A DNA stretch of 64,000 nucleotides from Acidobacteriota bacterium (GTDB taxonomy: Bacteria; Acidobacteriota; UBA4820; DSQY01): positions 13-64,012 of the forward strand of contig JAKAKG010000132.1 in assembly GCA_021813555.1 (NCBI GenBank), given 5' to 3'. The notes below the pieces were generated by a model. That model saw nothing but the letters and a program-made list of their open reading frames with translations, ran no database searches and was not told the DNA's origin. This document shows, piece by piece, positions 29,893 through 39,311 of the stretch. Every line of letters starts with the position of its first letter. Within the stretch, counting starts at the first letter, position 1. The translations under genes were made by a program, and so were the position numbers.

Positions 29893-30654
29893 ATGCGCGT
29901 CACGTTCCTGGGCACGGGCACGTCGGTGGGGGTTCCCGTGATCGGGTGCAGGTGCCCCGTCTGCTCCTCCATCAATCCAAAGAACAAGCGCCTTAGGCAG
30001 TCCCTTTGGATCCGCAACGGCGACGCCTCCCTCCTCGTGGACGCGGCCGTGGACTTCAGAACGCAGGCGCTCCAGCACGGCATTCGACGCGTGGACGCCA
30101 TCCTCCTCACGCACGCCCACGCGGACCACATCCTCGGGCTGGACGAAACGCGCGTCTACGCTTACTGGCAGAAAGCCGCCGTGCCCGTCTATGGCAGCCG
30201 CCACACCCTGGACGGAGTGCGCCGCACCTTTTGGTACGCCTTCGAGGAGGGACCCGAAGGGGGCGGGAAGCCCAAGCTGGACTTGAGGGAACTGCCGGAC
30301 GAGCTGGAAATCGGAGGACTCCGTGTGGTTCCCGTGGAAGGCGATCACGGCTACATCCCCGTCACGGGCTATCGAGTGGACGGCTTTGCCTACCTCACGG
30401 ACTGCAAGCGCGTCCCTCCGCAGGCCATCCAGGCCCTGCAAGGCCTCGACACCCTCGTCATCAACGCCCTCCGCTATGCACCCGAGCACTCCACCCACAT
30501 GACCGTGGGCGAAGCCCTGGCGGCCATCGAGGCCATCGGCCCGAGGCGCGCCTTCCTCATCCACATGGGCCACGAACTGGATCACGATGAACTGGCCGCC
30601 TCCCTCCCCGAAGGCGTCGCCCCCGCGTACGACGGATTGGAACTGGAGTTTTAG
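29893..30654 (+). CDS. MBL-fold metallo-hydrolase (PhnP/RNase Z-like)
   Basis: HAHADH motif. GGAGG RBS. Confidence 0.8.
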   Translation: MRVTFLGTGTSVGVPVIGCRCPVCSSINPKNKRLRQSLWIRNGDASLLVDAAVDFRTQALQHGIRRVDAILLTHAHADHILGLDETRVYAYWQKAAVPVYGSRHTLDGVRRTFWYAFEEGPEGGGKPKLDLRELPDELEIGGLRVVPVEGDHGYIPVTGYRVDGFAYLTDCKRVPPQAIQALQGLDTLVINALRYAPEHSTHMTVGEALAAIEAIGPRRAFLIHMGHELDHDELAASLPEGVAPAYDGLELEF

Positions 30655-30742
30655 GACCGGTGAGGAGCAGACATGAGAACCTCTTGTCGCCGCGCTCCGG
30701 ACTTCGTACGCCTTACTTCTCACTCTTCTATGGAGATGTCAT

Positions 30743-31501
30743 ATGACACCTAGCTCGTCATACCCTGATCTGAAGGGCAAGCGCGTGCTCGTCACCGGGG
30801 CCAGCTCGGGCATCGGCCTGGCCTGCGCCCAGGCTTTCCTGCAACAGGGCGCGCGGGTGGCGGCCCACTACCGGTCCCAGCCCGGCCCCGTGGAGTCCCT
30901 CGCCAAGAAACATCCCTCCCGGCTGCACTCCGTCCAGGCAGACTTGGCGCGGGAGGAAGGATGCATTGAGGCCGTGGGCGCGGCATCGAAGGCCCTGGAG
31001 GGGTTGGACATCGTCGTGCACTCCGCGGGCATATGGACCGACGGCCCCATCCGAGACCTGAGCAGGGGAACGCTGGAGACCATGTTCCGGACCAACACCT
31101 TCTCCAGCTATTACCTGGCCCGGGAGTTCGCGCGGGTCTCCGAGGGGGGAGCCTACGTCATCATCGGCTCCACCGCCGGCCAGCGGGGCGAACCTGGACA
31201 CAGCCATTACGCGGGGAGCAAAGGCGCTGTGCAATCCATGGTGTATTCGCTGGCCCAGGAGCTGGCCCCAGGGTTTCGCGTCAACCTCGTCTCGCCGGGC
31301 TGGGTTCGAACGCCCATGAGCCAGGCGGCGCTCGACGCGCGGGAGGCGGCCATCGTGTCGGTGGTGCCCCTCAACCGCGTGGCGGAGGCGGAAGACGTGG
31401 CCGCCGCGACGCTCTTCCTCGCATCAGATGTCAGCAGACATCTAACTGGCGTTGACCTGTGCTGCAGCGGGGGAGCCCTCCTGCCCATGCCAAGGGGATA
31501 G
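30743..31501 (+). CDS. SDR family oxidoreductase (FabG-like)
   Basis: TGASSGIG Rossmann motif and YAGSK catalytic motif. Confidence 0.85.
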   Translation: MTPSSSYPDLKGKRVLVTGASSGIGLACAQAFLQQGARVAAHYRSQPGPVESLAKKHPSRLHSVQADLAREEGCIEAVGAASKALEGLDIVVHSAGIWTDGPIRDLSRGTLETMFRTNTFSSYYLAREFARVSEGGAYVIIGSTAGQRGEPGHSHYAGSKGAVQSMVYSLAQELAPGFRVNLVSPGWVRTPMSQAALDAREAAIVSVVPLNRVAEAEDVAAATLFLASDVSRHLTGVDLCCSGGALLPMPRG

Positions 31502-31762
31502 CCTCACGAGAGTTGCCCCCCAGTGGCCGAGGACGGGGGGCGCGAGCTGGAAGGATTCCACGAAGGGAATGCGGGGCAGGAGGGCGTGGACGGTCCGCTG
31601 GAGCGTGCCCGTACCCTTGCCGTGAACGACCCGGACCTCCAGGATGCCGCGTTTGCGGCACTCGGCGAGATACTCCGGGAGGAGCTCCTTCACGTCCTTC
31701 GGATCAAAGGTGTGCAGATCCAACGTGCCGTCGATGGGGATGGAGATGGGGTCGTCGCCCAT
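31442..31762 (-). CDS. Smr domain protein
   Basis: DLHTF...VRVVHGKGTGTL Smr signature. Start at ATG 31760-31762. Confidence 0.65.
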   Translation of the reverse strand: MGDDPISIPIDGTLDLHTFDPKDVKELLPEYLAECRKRGILEVRVVHGKGTGTLQRTVHALLPRIPFVESFQLAPPVLGHWGATLVRLSPWHGQEGSPAAAQVNAS

Positions 31763-31821
31763 GCGTTGATCCCCCGAGTGGTAAGGCTCACGAACCACCA
31801 CGCAATGGACAATAGGCTAAA

Positions 31822-31848
31822 TCGCGCTTTGCGTCTAGCGTCTCGCGT
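31822..31848. repeat. Tandem heptamer (TGCGTCT AGCGTCT CGCGTCT CGCC) overlapping the carA stop codon
   Basis: The array encodes the carA C-terminal residues ...GRRDARR. Confidence 0.8.
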
Positions 31849-32986
31849 CTCGCCTGCCGTGAAACTCTTCCATCATGGCGATGAAATCGTCGAAGAGATA
31901 GAGGGAGTCGTGCGGTCCAGGGCTTGATTCGGGGTGGTACTGCACCGAGAACACGGGGAGGGATTCGTGCCTCATCCCCTCCAGCGTCCCGTCGTTGAGG
32001 TTCACGTGGGTGGCCGAGAATCCCGCCGGCAAGCGGTCGCCATCCACCGAAAAACCATGGTTGTGGGAGGTGATCTCGACGCGGCCCGTCTCCAGGCGCT
32101 TCACGGGGTGGTTGGCGCCGCGGTGGCCGAAGGGGAGCTTGTAGGTCTTCCCCCCGAACGCCAGAGCCAGGAGCTGGTGGCCGAAGCAGATGCCGAAGGT
32201 GGGCAGGCGCTCCGCCAGCCCGCGCACGGCGGGCAGGGCCGCGGCGGCCATCTCGGGATTGCCGGGGCCGTTGCTCAGAAAAACCCCGTGCGGCCCGAGG
32301 GCGAGGATCTCGTCGAGGGGCGTGTAGGCGGGTACCACGGTAACCTGGCACCTCCGCGCCGTCAGGTTCTTGAGGATGTTCTCCTTGAGGCCGAAATCCA
32401 GGCAGACCACCTTGAAAGCGCGCCCGGGCATCCGAGCGGGAGCCAGCTCGGCCACGAAGCCCTCGGGGCCCTCGAAGCCCTCCGCGAACGTGTACGGGGC
32501 CTTCGCCGTGACCCGGGCCGTGAGATCTTCCCCGTCGATGCCCTGGAAAGCCGCCAGCCTGGCCTTGAGGGCCTCCAAGGGGGTGCCGTCATTGGATACG
32601 AGGGCCTTGGGAGTCCCCCGCGTCCGGCAGTGGCGGGCCAAGGCCCGGGTGTCCACGCCGCACAAGCCCACCACGCCGTGGAGACGGAGAAAATCCTGGA
32701 TGCTCCCGTGGGCCCGCCAGGAGGACGGGGCGGGGCTAACGTCGTGGACCACGAACCCCGCGAGGGCCGGAGCGCGGCTCTCCACGTCCTGCGGGTTCAC
32801 GCCGTAGTTGCCGATGTGGGGAAAGGTCATGGCCACGATTTGGCCCGCATAGCTGGGGTCCGTGAGGATCTCCTGGTATCCCACCATGGCGGTCGTGAAC
32901 ACGGCCTCGCCCACGCGGGTGCCCAGGTGGCCGAAGCCCTTGCCAGAAAATGCCGTCCCGTCGTCCAGGAGAAGGATGCCGTCCAT
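31835..32986 (-). CDS. carA: Carbamoyl-phosphate synthase small (glutaminase) subunit
   Basis: CPSase_sm N-domain plus class I GATase (GICFGHQ, HNHG). Start likely MDGILLLDDG at 32984-32986. Confidence 0.9.
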   Translation of the reverse strand: MDGILLLDDGTAFSGKGFGHLGTRVGEAVFTTAMVGYQEILTDPSYAGQIVAMTFPHIGNYGVNPQDVESRAPALAGFVVHDVSPAPSSWRAHGSIQDFLRLHGVVGLCGVDTRALARHCRTRGTPKALVSNDGTPLEALKARLAAFQGIDGEDLTARVTAKAPYTFAEGFEGPEGFVAELAPARMPGRAFKVVCLDFGLKENILKNLTARRCQVTVVPAYTPLDEILALGPHGVFLSNGPGNPEMAAAALPAVRGLAERLPTFGICFGHQLLALAFGGKTYKLPFGHRGANHPVKRLETGRVEITSHNHGFSVDGDRLPAGFSATHVNLNDGTLEGMRHESLPVFSVQYHPESSPGPHDSLYLFDDFIAMMEEFHGRRDARR

Positions 32987-33140
32987 GGCCGGGAAGTATA
33001 TCAAAGAATGCCGGAGGCGTGGAGCGTGAGCATGCCGAACCTTGCGAGGAAGGCCGAGCTAGGTGGCGCCTTTCGCCACACCCCAAAGTCCGCCCTCGCC
33101 CTTTCGCCATGACCGCACTCCACCTCGGTCTTCCCCCCTT

Positions 33141-33217
33141 GCCTCTTACTCCTGCCCATTGTCTTCTGCCTATTGCCCATTGCCTTCTGCCTATTGCCTA
33201 TTGCCCCTACCTCCCCC
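33141..33217. repeat. Tandem heptamer array, about 11 units, (CCTATTG/CCCATTG/TCTTCTG)n, in the divergent carA / 610-aa-gene intergenic region
   Basis: Read from the sequence. It is the reverse complement of the (GCAATAG)n array at 40544-40613. Confidence 0.85.
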
Positions 33218-33281
33218 CCGGACTTCTGTTAGAATCGAGCCCGAGAGCGGATCGCCCAACGGGCCCCCGCGGGGAGCAGCC

Positions 33282-35114
33282 ATGTTCAAGGACATCCGGG
33301 TCCACGGAGCCATCACCCCCGAGATCGACTACTACGCCAATTTGGCGGGGGAGAAGCTCCTTCCGGCGCCCTTTTACGAGGTGCAGGCTGGGGAGGGAGG
33401 CGACGCCGTGTCCTTCTTCCTTTCGGGCATGTACCTGAGGCTGTCACCCGAGGGCGTGGCCTTCTCGGGCACGGGCGGCGTGGTCTCCGAATACATGTTC
33501 GGCTCTCCCATGCCCCTCCAGGATCTGGGCCACAAGGAGGTGAAAAACCGCCTCGTCATGTTCGGAGCTTTCCCGGGCGAGAACGGCGGCCTCAGCTTCA
33601 CCGCCAGCGTGTCCGGGTTCCAAACCTACGAGAATCTCTTCCTGGACGGCAACGCTCTGGGCAACTACTTCTTTCTTGTGAAAACGCCCTGGCCCTATTC
33701 CGCGCGCCGGACCCAAGAAATCCTGCTCAGGACCCTGGGACGGGTCCTCAAGCGCAGTGAAGCCGCGGGCGAGGGAGACGACAGCGGCTTCATTTCGGAG
33801 ATCCTCAAGGAGCTCGCCGAGCCCGAGGCGACCCTCCTCCTCCTGCGCCTGGCCCACCGGCCCCACAGGCAGTTCCACCAGTTCGTCCGGGATTACCTCC
33901 GGCGCACCCGAGACTGGGGTGAGGAGGAGCGGCGCTTCGTGGACACCCTGGGCGAAGAACTGGGCGTGAAGCAATACCAGCGGGAGCGCATCGCCATCGA
34001 TCTCCTGTACAAAGACGCTCAAAACAAGCAGATCGTGGACGAATACAAGGACGTCCTCCTAGCCATCCTGGCGAGAGGCAGCGATCCGGGCGCGCTGGCC
34101 CGTCTCAACTCCCTGCGGAGCCTGGCTCTCCGGCACAACCTCCCCAGGAGCCTCTTCGACACGTTGGACGGCCTCATGCCAACCCCGCAGGCGGCCCGCC
34201 GGGAGGAGCGCGAGTACCTGCGCGGCGCCCGCGAAATCTTCGAGGGCCTGTTCCTCTCAAGCAAGCCGGCCGCTGAAGTGCTGGGCCATCCTGAGATCGT
34301 TCGCCTCCTCACCTACAAGCAGCAAGCCCAACATCACCGCGACAACGGATTCGAGCAAATCCTCCTGGATACGGGCCGTCTCTTAGACGAAAGGGCCGCC
34401 GAGGGCGGGGACATGGAGTCCTTCGAGGTCTTCTCTCAGGTGGTCACTTACTTCGACCGCCTGGACAACGCGGAGGCCCTCGTCAACCAGCTCGGGTTCA
34501 TGGAGCACGCCTCGGTGACGGAAGACAAGGTCCGTTCCCTGATGGGCAATATGCGGGAGCTGGATGCCGTGTCGGCGGGTCTCTTTCACACGCTCGTGGT
34601 GGAACCGGTCCTGAAGAACCCTTACGCTCTGCGCTTCGGGCGCAGGAAGGTCATGGCGCTTTGCGAGGGGCTGGAGCAGATGGAGCGCGGAGAGCGGACG
34701 CTCGCCGAGATCGCGGAGCGGGTGGATGCTTTGGCACGCGAGGAGACGGCGGAGCGCCATCTCTACGAAGCCATCCGATCGCGGCTGAGACAGTCTTACT
34801 TCAACCTGTCCAACCCCATCCACGTCCGTCTGCTGGAACGAGAGGTCGTGGGCGAACTTCGCAAGCGTCACGGCGAGCAAATGGCCGTTCCCAAGGGCGC
34901 CTTCATCTCGGCCCTGGAGGACGTGAAATCCGAGAGCGAGTACGTGAACGACCTCTATCCCAAACTCCTGGAGCGCCCTGATCCCAAGGTCCGCGAGGCG
35001 TTCATCGCGCGCTCCGGAATGGATCGCTACCGCGTGGAGGAGCTGGAGCGCGAATACCGCATCGCCCACGGCCTCGAAGAGGCCCTCCCCGCGGGACTCA
35101 CCTTCAACTTTTAG
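33282..35114 (+). CDS. Large conserved hypothetical cytoplasmic protein (610 aa), no recognisable domain
   Basis: Start ATG 33282 (MFKDIRVHGAITPEIDYY...). Coding-like throughout. Helix-rich C-terminal half. Confidence 0.6.
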   Translation: MFKDIRVHGAITPEIDYYANLAGEKLLPAPFYEVQAGEGGDAVSFFLSGMYLRLSPEGVAFSGTGGVVSEYMFGSPMPLQDLGHKEVKNRLVMFGAFPGENGGLSFTASVSGFQTYENLFLDGNALGNYFFLVKTPWPYSARRTQEILLRTLGRVLKRSEAAGEGDDSGFISEILKELAEPEATLLLLRLAHRPHRQFHQFVRDYLRRTRDWGEEERRFVDTLGEELGVKQYQRERIAIDLLYKDAQNKQIVDEYKDVLLAILARGSDPGALARLNSLRSLALRHNLPRSLFDTLDGLMPTPQAARREEREYLRGAREIFEGLFLSSKPAAEVLGHPEIVRLLTYKQQAQHHRDNGFEQILLDTGRLLDERAAEGGDMESFEVFSQVVTYFDRLDNAEALVNQLGFMEHASVTEDKVRSLMGNMRELDAVSAGLFHTLVVEPVLKNPYALRFGRRKVMALCEGLEQMERGERTLAEIAERVDALAREETAERHLYEAIRSRLRQSYFNLSNPIHVRLLEREVVGELRKRHGEQMAVPKGAFISALEDVKSESEYVNDLYPKLLERPDPKVREAFIARSGMDRYRVEELEREYRIAHGLEEALPAGLTFNF

Positions 35115-35200
35115 GGCAGCTCTGATCCGGCTGTGGCTCCGCGGCCCCGTCACGAGTGCGGCAGGCTTCTGGCCAATCTCGTCCGTGGCTGGTAGGCCCG

Positions 35201-35710
35201 CTAGCGCCCGTACGTCCCGGTGAGGCGTGCTACGGCGAGGATGTGTCCTTGAATCATCCGCTCCATGTCGTCGCGGGTCGTGGTGGCCGGCAGTGTGAGC
35301 CAGGTGTCCAGGGCGTACAGGGTGAAGATGTACCGATGGGCTTTGCCCGGAGGGGGACAAGGACCGCCGTAGGCGCTCCTTTTCCAGCTGTTTTGCCCCA
35401 CGGTGGACTTGGAGAACGTCCCATTTTCGGCGACGCCCTTTTCGGTGGCGGGGATGTCCATGAGCAGCCAGTGGACCCAGTCTCCCACGGGAGCATCGGG
35501 ATCATCGCAGACCAAGACGAGACTCCGTGCTCCTTCAGGAACATTGCTCCAGGCCAGGGCCGGGGAGCGATCGCCTCCATCGCAGGTGAAGAGCTTGGGA
35601 ATTCTGGCGCCATCGGCGAAGGAGGGGCTGGTCAGCGCCATGGACGGACCCGCCGCAACGGCGGCAAGCCCCTGGATTCCGCACAAGGTTAAGAGGACGA
35701 GAATCTTCAT
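35201..35710 (-). CDS. YbhB/YbcL family (PEBP/Raf-kinase-inhibitor-like) periplasmic protein
   Basis: 169 aa from ATG 35708-35710, with a signal peptide. GGPCPPPGKAHRY PEBP motif. Confidence 0.8.
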   Translation of the reverse strand: MKILVLLTLCGIQGLAAVAAGPSMALTSPSFADGARIPKLFTCDGGDRSPALAWSNVPEGARSLVLVCDDPDAPVGDWVHWLLMDIPATEKGVAENGTFSKSTVGQNSWKRSAYGGPCPPPGKAHRYIFTLYALDTWLTLPATTTRDDMERMIQGHILAVARLTGTYGR

Positions 35711-35745
35711 GGCCAAACCTCCGTAGGACGCGAAGCGCGGGGCGC

Positions 35746-37626
35746 TTACCGCTTTCCGTTCTGGCTCGCTTCCTGCGCCCCTCTTGCCCAAGCGAGCAGG
35801 CTCTCCGGCCCTTTGAACCCCACGAATCGTCCCAGTTCCTTGCCCTCCGGCGAGATCAGCAGAACCGTGGGCAGGCCCCTCACGCCATAGGCCCGCATGA
35901 TCGCCTGGTCCGCATCGGTGTTTTTCGTCATGTCCAAGCGGATGGGCACGACGGTACCGAGCCACGTCTGCACCGACGGGGCTGGCCAGGTCTCCTTCTC
36001 CAGCTCCACGCAGGCCACGCACCAGTCGGCCCGCATATCCACGAGGGCGGGCTTGCCTTGGGCCTTGGCCGCTTCGAGGCCCACCTCCAGCGAGGAGTGC
36101 CACGCTGCGCCGCCAGGAGCGGGGGCGGCCACGGAGGAAGGCAAAAGGGGCGCCACGGCCAGATAGGCGGCCACGCAGAGCACCACGCCCGCGATCCGCG
36201 CCGGAACGGAGAAGAAATGCCTGTTCGTGCCCAGGAGGAGGAATCCGACCACGAAGCCGAGGGCCAACCCCGATAGGCGGTCATAGAGGTTCGGGCTCAG
36301 ATAGAGGCCTCCGAAGTAGAAGGCCGCCCCCAAAATGAGGGCGCCGAAAACGACGCGGACACCGTCCATCCAGCCGCCGCTCTTGGGGAGCGAGGCCAGG
36401 ACCCCCGAGAAGGTGCCGATGACGATGAAGAGGACCCCCAGCCCGAGGGCGTAGACGAAGAGGTAGAGGAAGCCCAGGGCTACGGACCCCGTGGCCGCCA
36501 CCACCACGAGGATGGCGAGGATGAGGGGCCCGATGCACGGACTCGCCACGAGCCCCGAGAGGGCTCCGATGAGGAAGGCGCCCACGAAGCCCCGGCCCTT
36601 GCCCTTCTGTTTGGTAGCCTCAATGCGGTTGGTGAGGGCGGCGGGGGTCTTGAACTCGAAGAGGTTGAACATGCTCAAGCTGAGGGCGAAGAACAGGGCG
36701 GCGATGGGAAGGCCCACCCACGGGGTCTGCGTGAGGGATCCGAAGGCCTGGCCCGCGGTGGCCGAGACGGCCCCCAGGGTGGCATACACGATGGCCAGCC
36801 CCCCCACGAAGGCCAGGGACAGGAGAAATCCCGCGCCCTTGCCTTTGCCCTCGGAGCGCGAGCCGATGTAGGCGACGGTGATGGGGATGACCGGGTAGAC
36901 ACACGGCGTGAGGCTGCTCAAGAGGCCGAACAGGAAGGCCAGGAGGAGGGCGAGGGGGACGTTGTCCTTGGCGGCCCGGGCGAACTTGGCCTCGTAGCCC
37001 CCTTGGGGAGCGGCCACCGAAGCGGGCGGAGTTTGGCCCGGAGGAGGCACGGGCACCACGCCTTCGGGAGGCACCTCCGGAGCCACCGGCCGGAGAGAGG
37101 GCAGGGGTGCCGAGGCTTCGCGAGGGGCGGCCGCGGCGGGCGGAGGGGCCGTGAGTGCTTTGACGGCCACGTCGAAGGGCACGGGATCCTTCATGGGGAG
37201 AAAGCACACCTTGTCCCCGAACTCCTGACACGCCTGCCAGTGCAGCTCCAAGGTGCCCTTGAGGGGCCCGGTAACATCCGCCGAGAGCTTCACGGGGATC
37301 CGCAGCCTCACGACCCCGCGCAGAACCGGCCGGTCCTCTTCCATCTTGCCTTGCGGCACGACGGTTTTGCCCCAGGCGACGCCGGGGATGGGCGGCATCG
37401 CCGCCGAAAGGGTGTCATCGGAGAACACGTGGAATCCCGTGGGGACATCCACATCCAGCAGGAGCGTCCCTTGGCCCGGAACCGGGAGGGGCGACGGCGC
37501 GGTGGCCACGTGGAATTTCAACTCCGGAGGCGTGGGTTCCGATTCGCCGAAGGGGCCGGCCAAGGTGGTGAAGGAAGCGAAGGCGGCCAGGAGCATCAGC
37601 AGTATAAGGGGCTTTCTCACGGGCAC
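35746..37626 (-). CDS. dsbD: Thiol:disulfide interchange protein DsbD (N-terminal periplasmic domain, CcdA-like TM domain, C-terminal thioredoxin)
   Basis: 626 aa. SLTPCVYPVIP TM cysteine motif. C-terminal WCVAC thioredoxin motif. Confidence 0.85.
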   Translation of the reverse strand: MPVRKPLILLMLLAAFASFTTLAGPFGESEPTPPELKFHVATAPSPLPVPGQGTLLLDVDVPTGFHVFSDDTLSAAMPPIPGVAWGKTVVPQGKMEEDRPVLRGVVRLRIPVKLSADVTGPLKGTLELHWQACQEFGDKVCFLPMKDPVPFDVAVKALTAPPPAAAAPREASAPLPSLRPVAPEVPPEGVVPVPPPGQTPPASVAAPQGGYEAKFARAAKDNVPLALLLAFLFGLLSSLTPCVYPVIPITVAYIGSRSEGKGKGAGFLLSLAFVGGLAIVYATLGAVSATAGQAFGSLTQTPWVGLPIAALFFALSLSMFNLFEFKTPAALTNRIEATKQKGKGRGFVGAFLIGALSGLVASPCIGPLILAILVVVAATGSVALGFLYLFVYALGLGVLFIVIGTFSGVLASLPKSGGWMDGVRVVFGALILGAAFYFGGLYLSPNLYDRLSGLALGFVVGFLLLGTNRHFFSVPARIAGVVLCVAAYLAVAPLLPSSVAAPAPGGAAWHSSLEVGLEAAKAQGKPALVDMRADWCVACVELEKETWPAPSVQTWLGTVVPIRLDMTKNTDADQAIMRAYGVRGLPTVLLISPEGKELGRFVGFKGPESLLAWARGAQEASQNGKR

Positions 37627-38203
37627 TCTCCTCGGGTCGAATCGAGGGTTAGTTGTTGAAAACGGGCCATCTCACCCATGCGGAACCGCCCGACCCGATT
37701 CGGAGCGGTCCGCGCGCGGAACCACCTCACGCAACTCTCCACGGCGAAAAACCCAGCGCGAAAGGGGCGCCGGGGATGCGTGGGGCGCCTTCCCGAGAAC
37801 AGGCGTGGTCCGCGGTGGCAACGTGGCCCGCCCTCTGCCGTACGGCGGCCTTCTCGCCTCCCTTAGGGCCCACCTCCTGTCTCTCCCCCATCGCGACTGC
37901 CCTGGAACTCCATGAAGCCAGGGACAAGTATAGCCCAAGGCCGCGGGAACAAGAGAGTGCGCCATATGACCCCATTGCCTTGTTCGTCGGGCATGTGTGG
38001 GCCCTTTCCCGCTCCTGCCAGAGTACATTGGTCCCGGCCCGCCGCCCCCGTTCGGGGTGAGCGGAGTGGCCGACCGTTCCCGTGGGGGGGACAGCGGCCG
38101 TCATGGCCCGTGTCGCGGCCCGGGGCGCCGGGGGGACAGGTGTCCATCCAAGCCGGGATCAAGCGCGGCCGTGGTCCCACCCGCGGCGTGCAGGAGTACC
38201 GTC

Positions 38204-39199
38204 ATGCATATCATGGAACGGATCAAGGAGCGGGTTGGGCGCGCGCGCAAGCATATCGTGCTCTCCGAAGGCATGGATCCCCGCATGGTCAAGGCCGCCG
38301 CGCAGGTGGCATCGGAGGGCTGGGCCAAGGTCACCCTCCTGGCCACCCGGACCCAGGTGGAGGAGGCGCTGGGACCGAACCGGTCAGCCCTGGCCGGCGT
38401 CGAGGTGGTGGACCACCTCCAGTCGCCGTGGCTGGAGGAGTTTGCCGCCGAATTCTACGGCCTGCGCAAGGCCAAAGGCTGCACGGAGGAGGATGCCGTC
38501 AAGACGGTGCGGGACAACGTCTTCTTCGGCGACCTGATGGTGCGCAAAGGGTACGCCGACGGCTGCGTGAGCGGCGCCCACAACACCACGGGACTCGTGG
38601 TGAAAGCGGCCCTCCAGGTCTTGGGCACGGCGCCTGGGATCAAGACGCTCTCCTCGTGTTTCATCATGGCCCACCCCAACGAAGCCTTCGGGGAGAAGGG
38701 CCTCATGATCTTCGCCGACTGCGCCGTCCTTCCCTTCCCCGACGAGCAGCAGCTCGCCGACATCGCCATCGCTTCCGCGGCGAGCGCGAAGGCCTTCTGC
38801 GACATGGAGCCGCGCGTGGCCATGCTTTCCTTTTCCACCAAGGGCAGCGCCAAACACGAGAACTTGGACAAGGTCCTCAGGGCGATGGCCATCGTGAAGG
38901 AGAAGCGGCCCGATCTGGCCATCGACGGCGAGCTCCAGCTCGACGCGGCCCTCCTCCCCGCCATCGGCCAGCGCAAGGCGCCGGGAAGCTCCGTCGCGGG
39001 GAGGGCAAACGTCCTCATTTTCCCGGACCTGAACGCGGGGAACATCTGCTACAAAGCCGTGGAGCGGCTCGGAGGTGCGCAGGCCATCGGCCCCGCCCTG
39101 CAAGGCTTGGCCAAACCGGCCAACGACCTTTCGCGGGGATGTTCCGTGCAGGATATCGCCGATGTGGCCGCCCTCACCGCCGCCCAGGCGATTGGATAG
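38204..39199 (+). CDS. pta: Phosphate acetyltransferase (short-form Pta)
   Basis: ORF 37997..39199. Homology from ATG 38204 ([11 protein letters not shown]...) with an AGGAGT RBS. PTA_PTB fold. Confidence 0.9.
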   Translation: MHIMERIKERVGRARKHIVLSEGMDPRMVKAAAQVASEGWAKVTLLATRTQVEEALGPNRSALAGVEVVDHLQSPWLEEFAAEFYGLRKAKGCTEEDAVKTVRDNVFFGDLMVRKGYADGCVSGAHNTTGLVVKAALQVLGTAPGIKTLSSCFIMAHPNEAFGEKGLMIFADCAVLPFPDEQQLADIAIASAASAKAFCDMEPRVAMLSFSTKGSAKHENLDKVLRAMAIVKEKRPDLAIDGELQLDAALLPAIGQRKAPGSSVAGRANVLIFPDLNAGNICYKAVERLGGAQAIGPALQGLAKPANDLSRGCSVQDIADVAALTAAQAIG

Positions 39200-39296
39200 A
39201 GCGGAAGCAGGGAGCCGGTAGCAGGGAGCGGGGAATGACAAGCCGGCGTTCCACGGATTCGCCGGCTCCCCGCTCCCCTTCTCCCCGCTCCCGTCA
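39200..39296. repeat. Inverted heptamer arrays (AGCAGGGAGCCGGTAGCAGGGAGCGGGG ... GCTCCCCGCTCCCCTTCTCCCCGCTCCC) in the pta-ackA spacer; potential hairpin
   Basis: The (GGGGAGC)-type units and their (GCTCCCC) complements flank a 36-nt spacer. Confidence 0.7.
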
Positions 39297-39311
39297 TTTT
39301 GGAGGAATCCC

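Noticed and set aside
28231-30131. Upstream 630 aa of the 846-aa minus-strand ORF 27591..30131
   Set aside because: Only the C-terminal 212 aa (plsY) have homology. The upstream part is antisense to the wHTH and MBL genes and overlaps thpR. It is a high-GC open-frame artefact.
31290-31320. GGTTCGAAC motif resembling a tRNA T-arm
   Set aside because: It lies inside the SDR coding sequence in frame. No acceptor or anticodon stem can be formed. No tRNA was found anywhere in the window.
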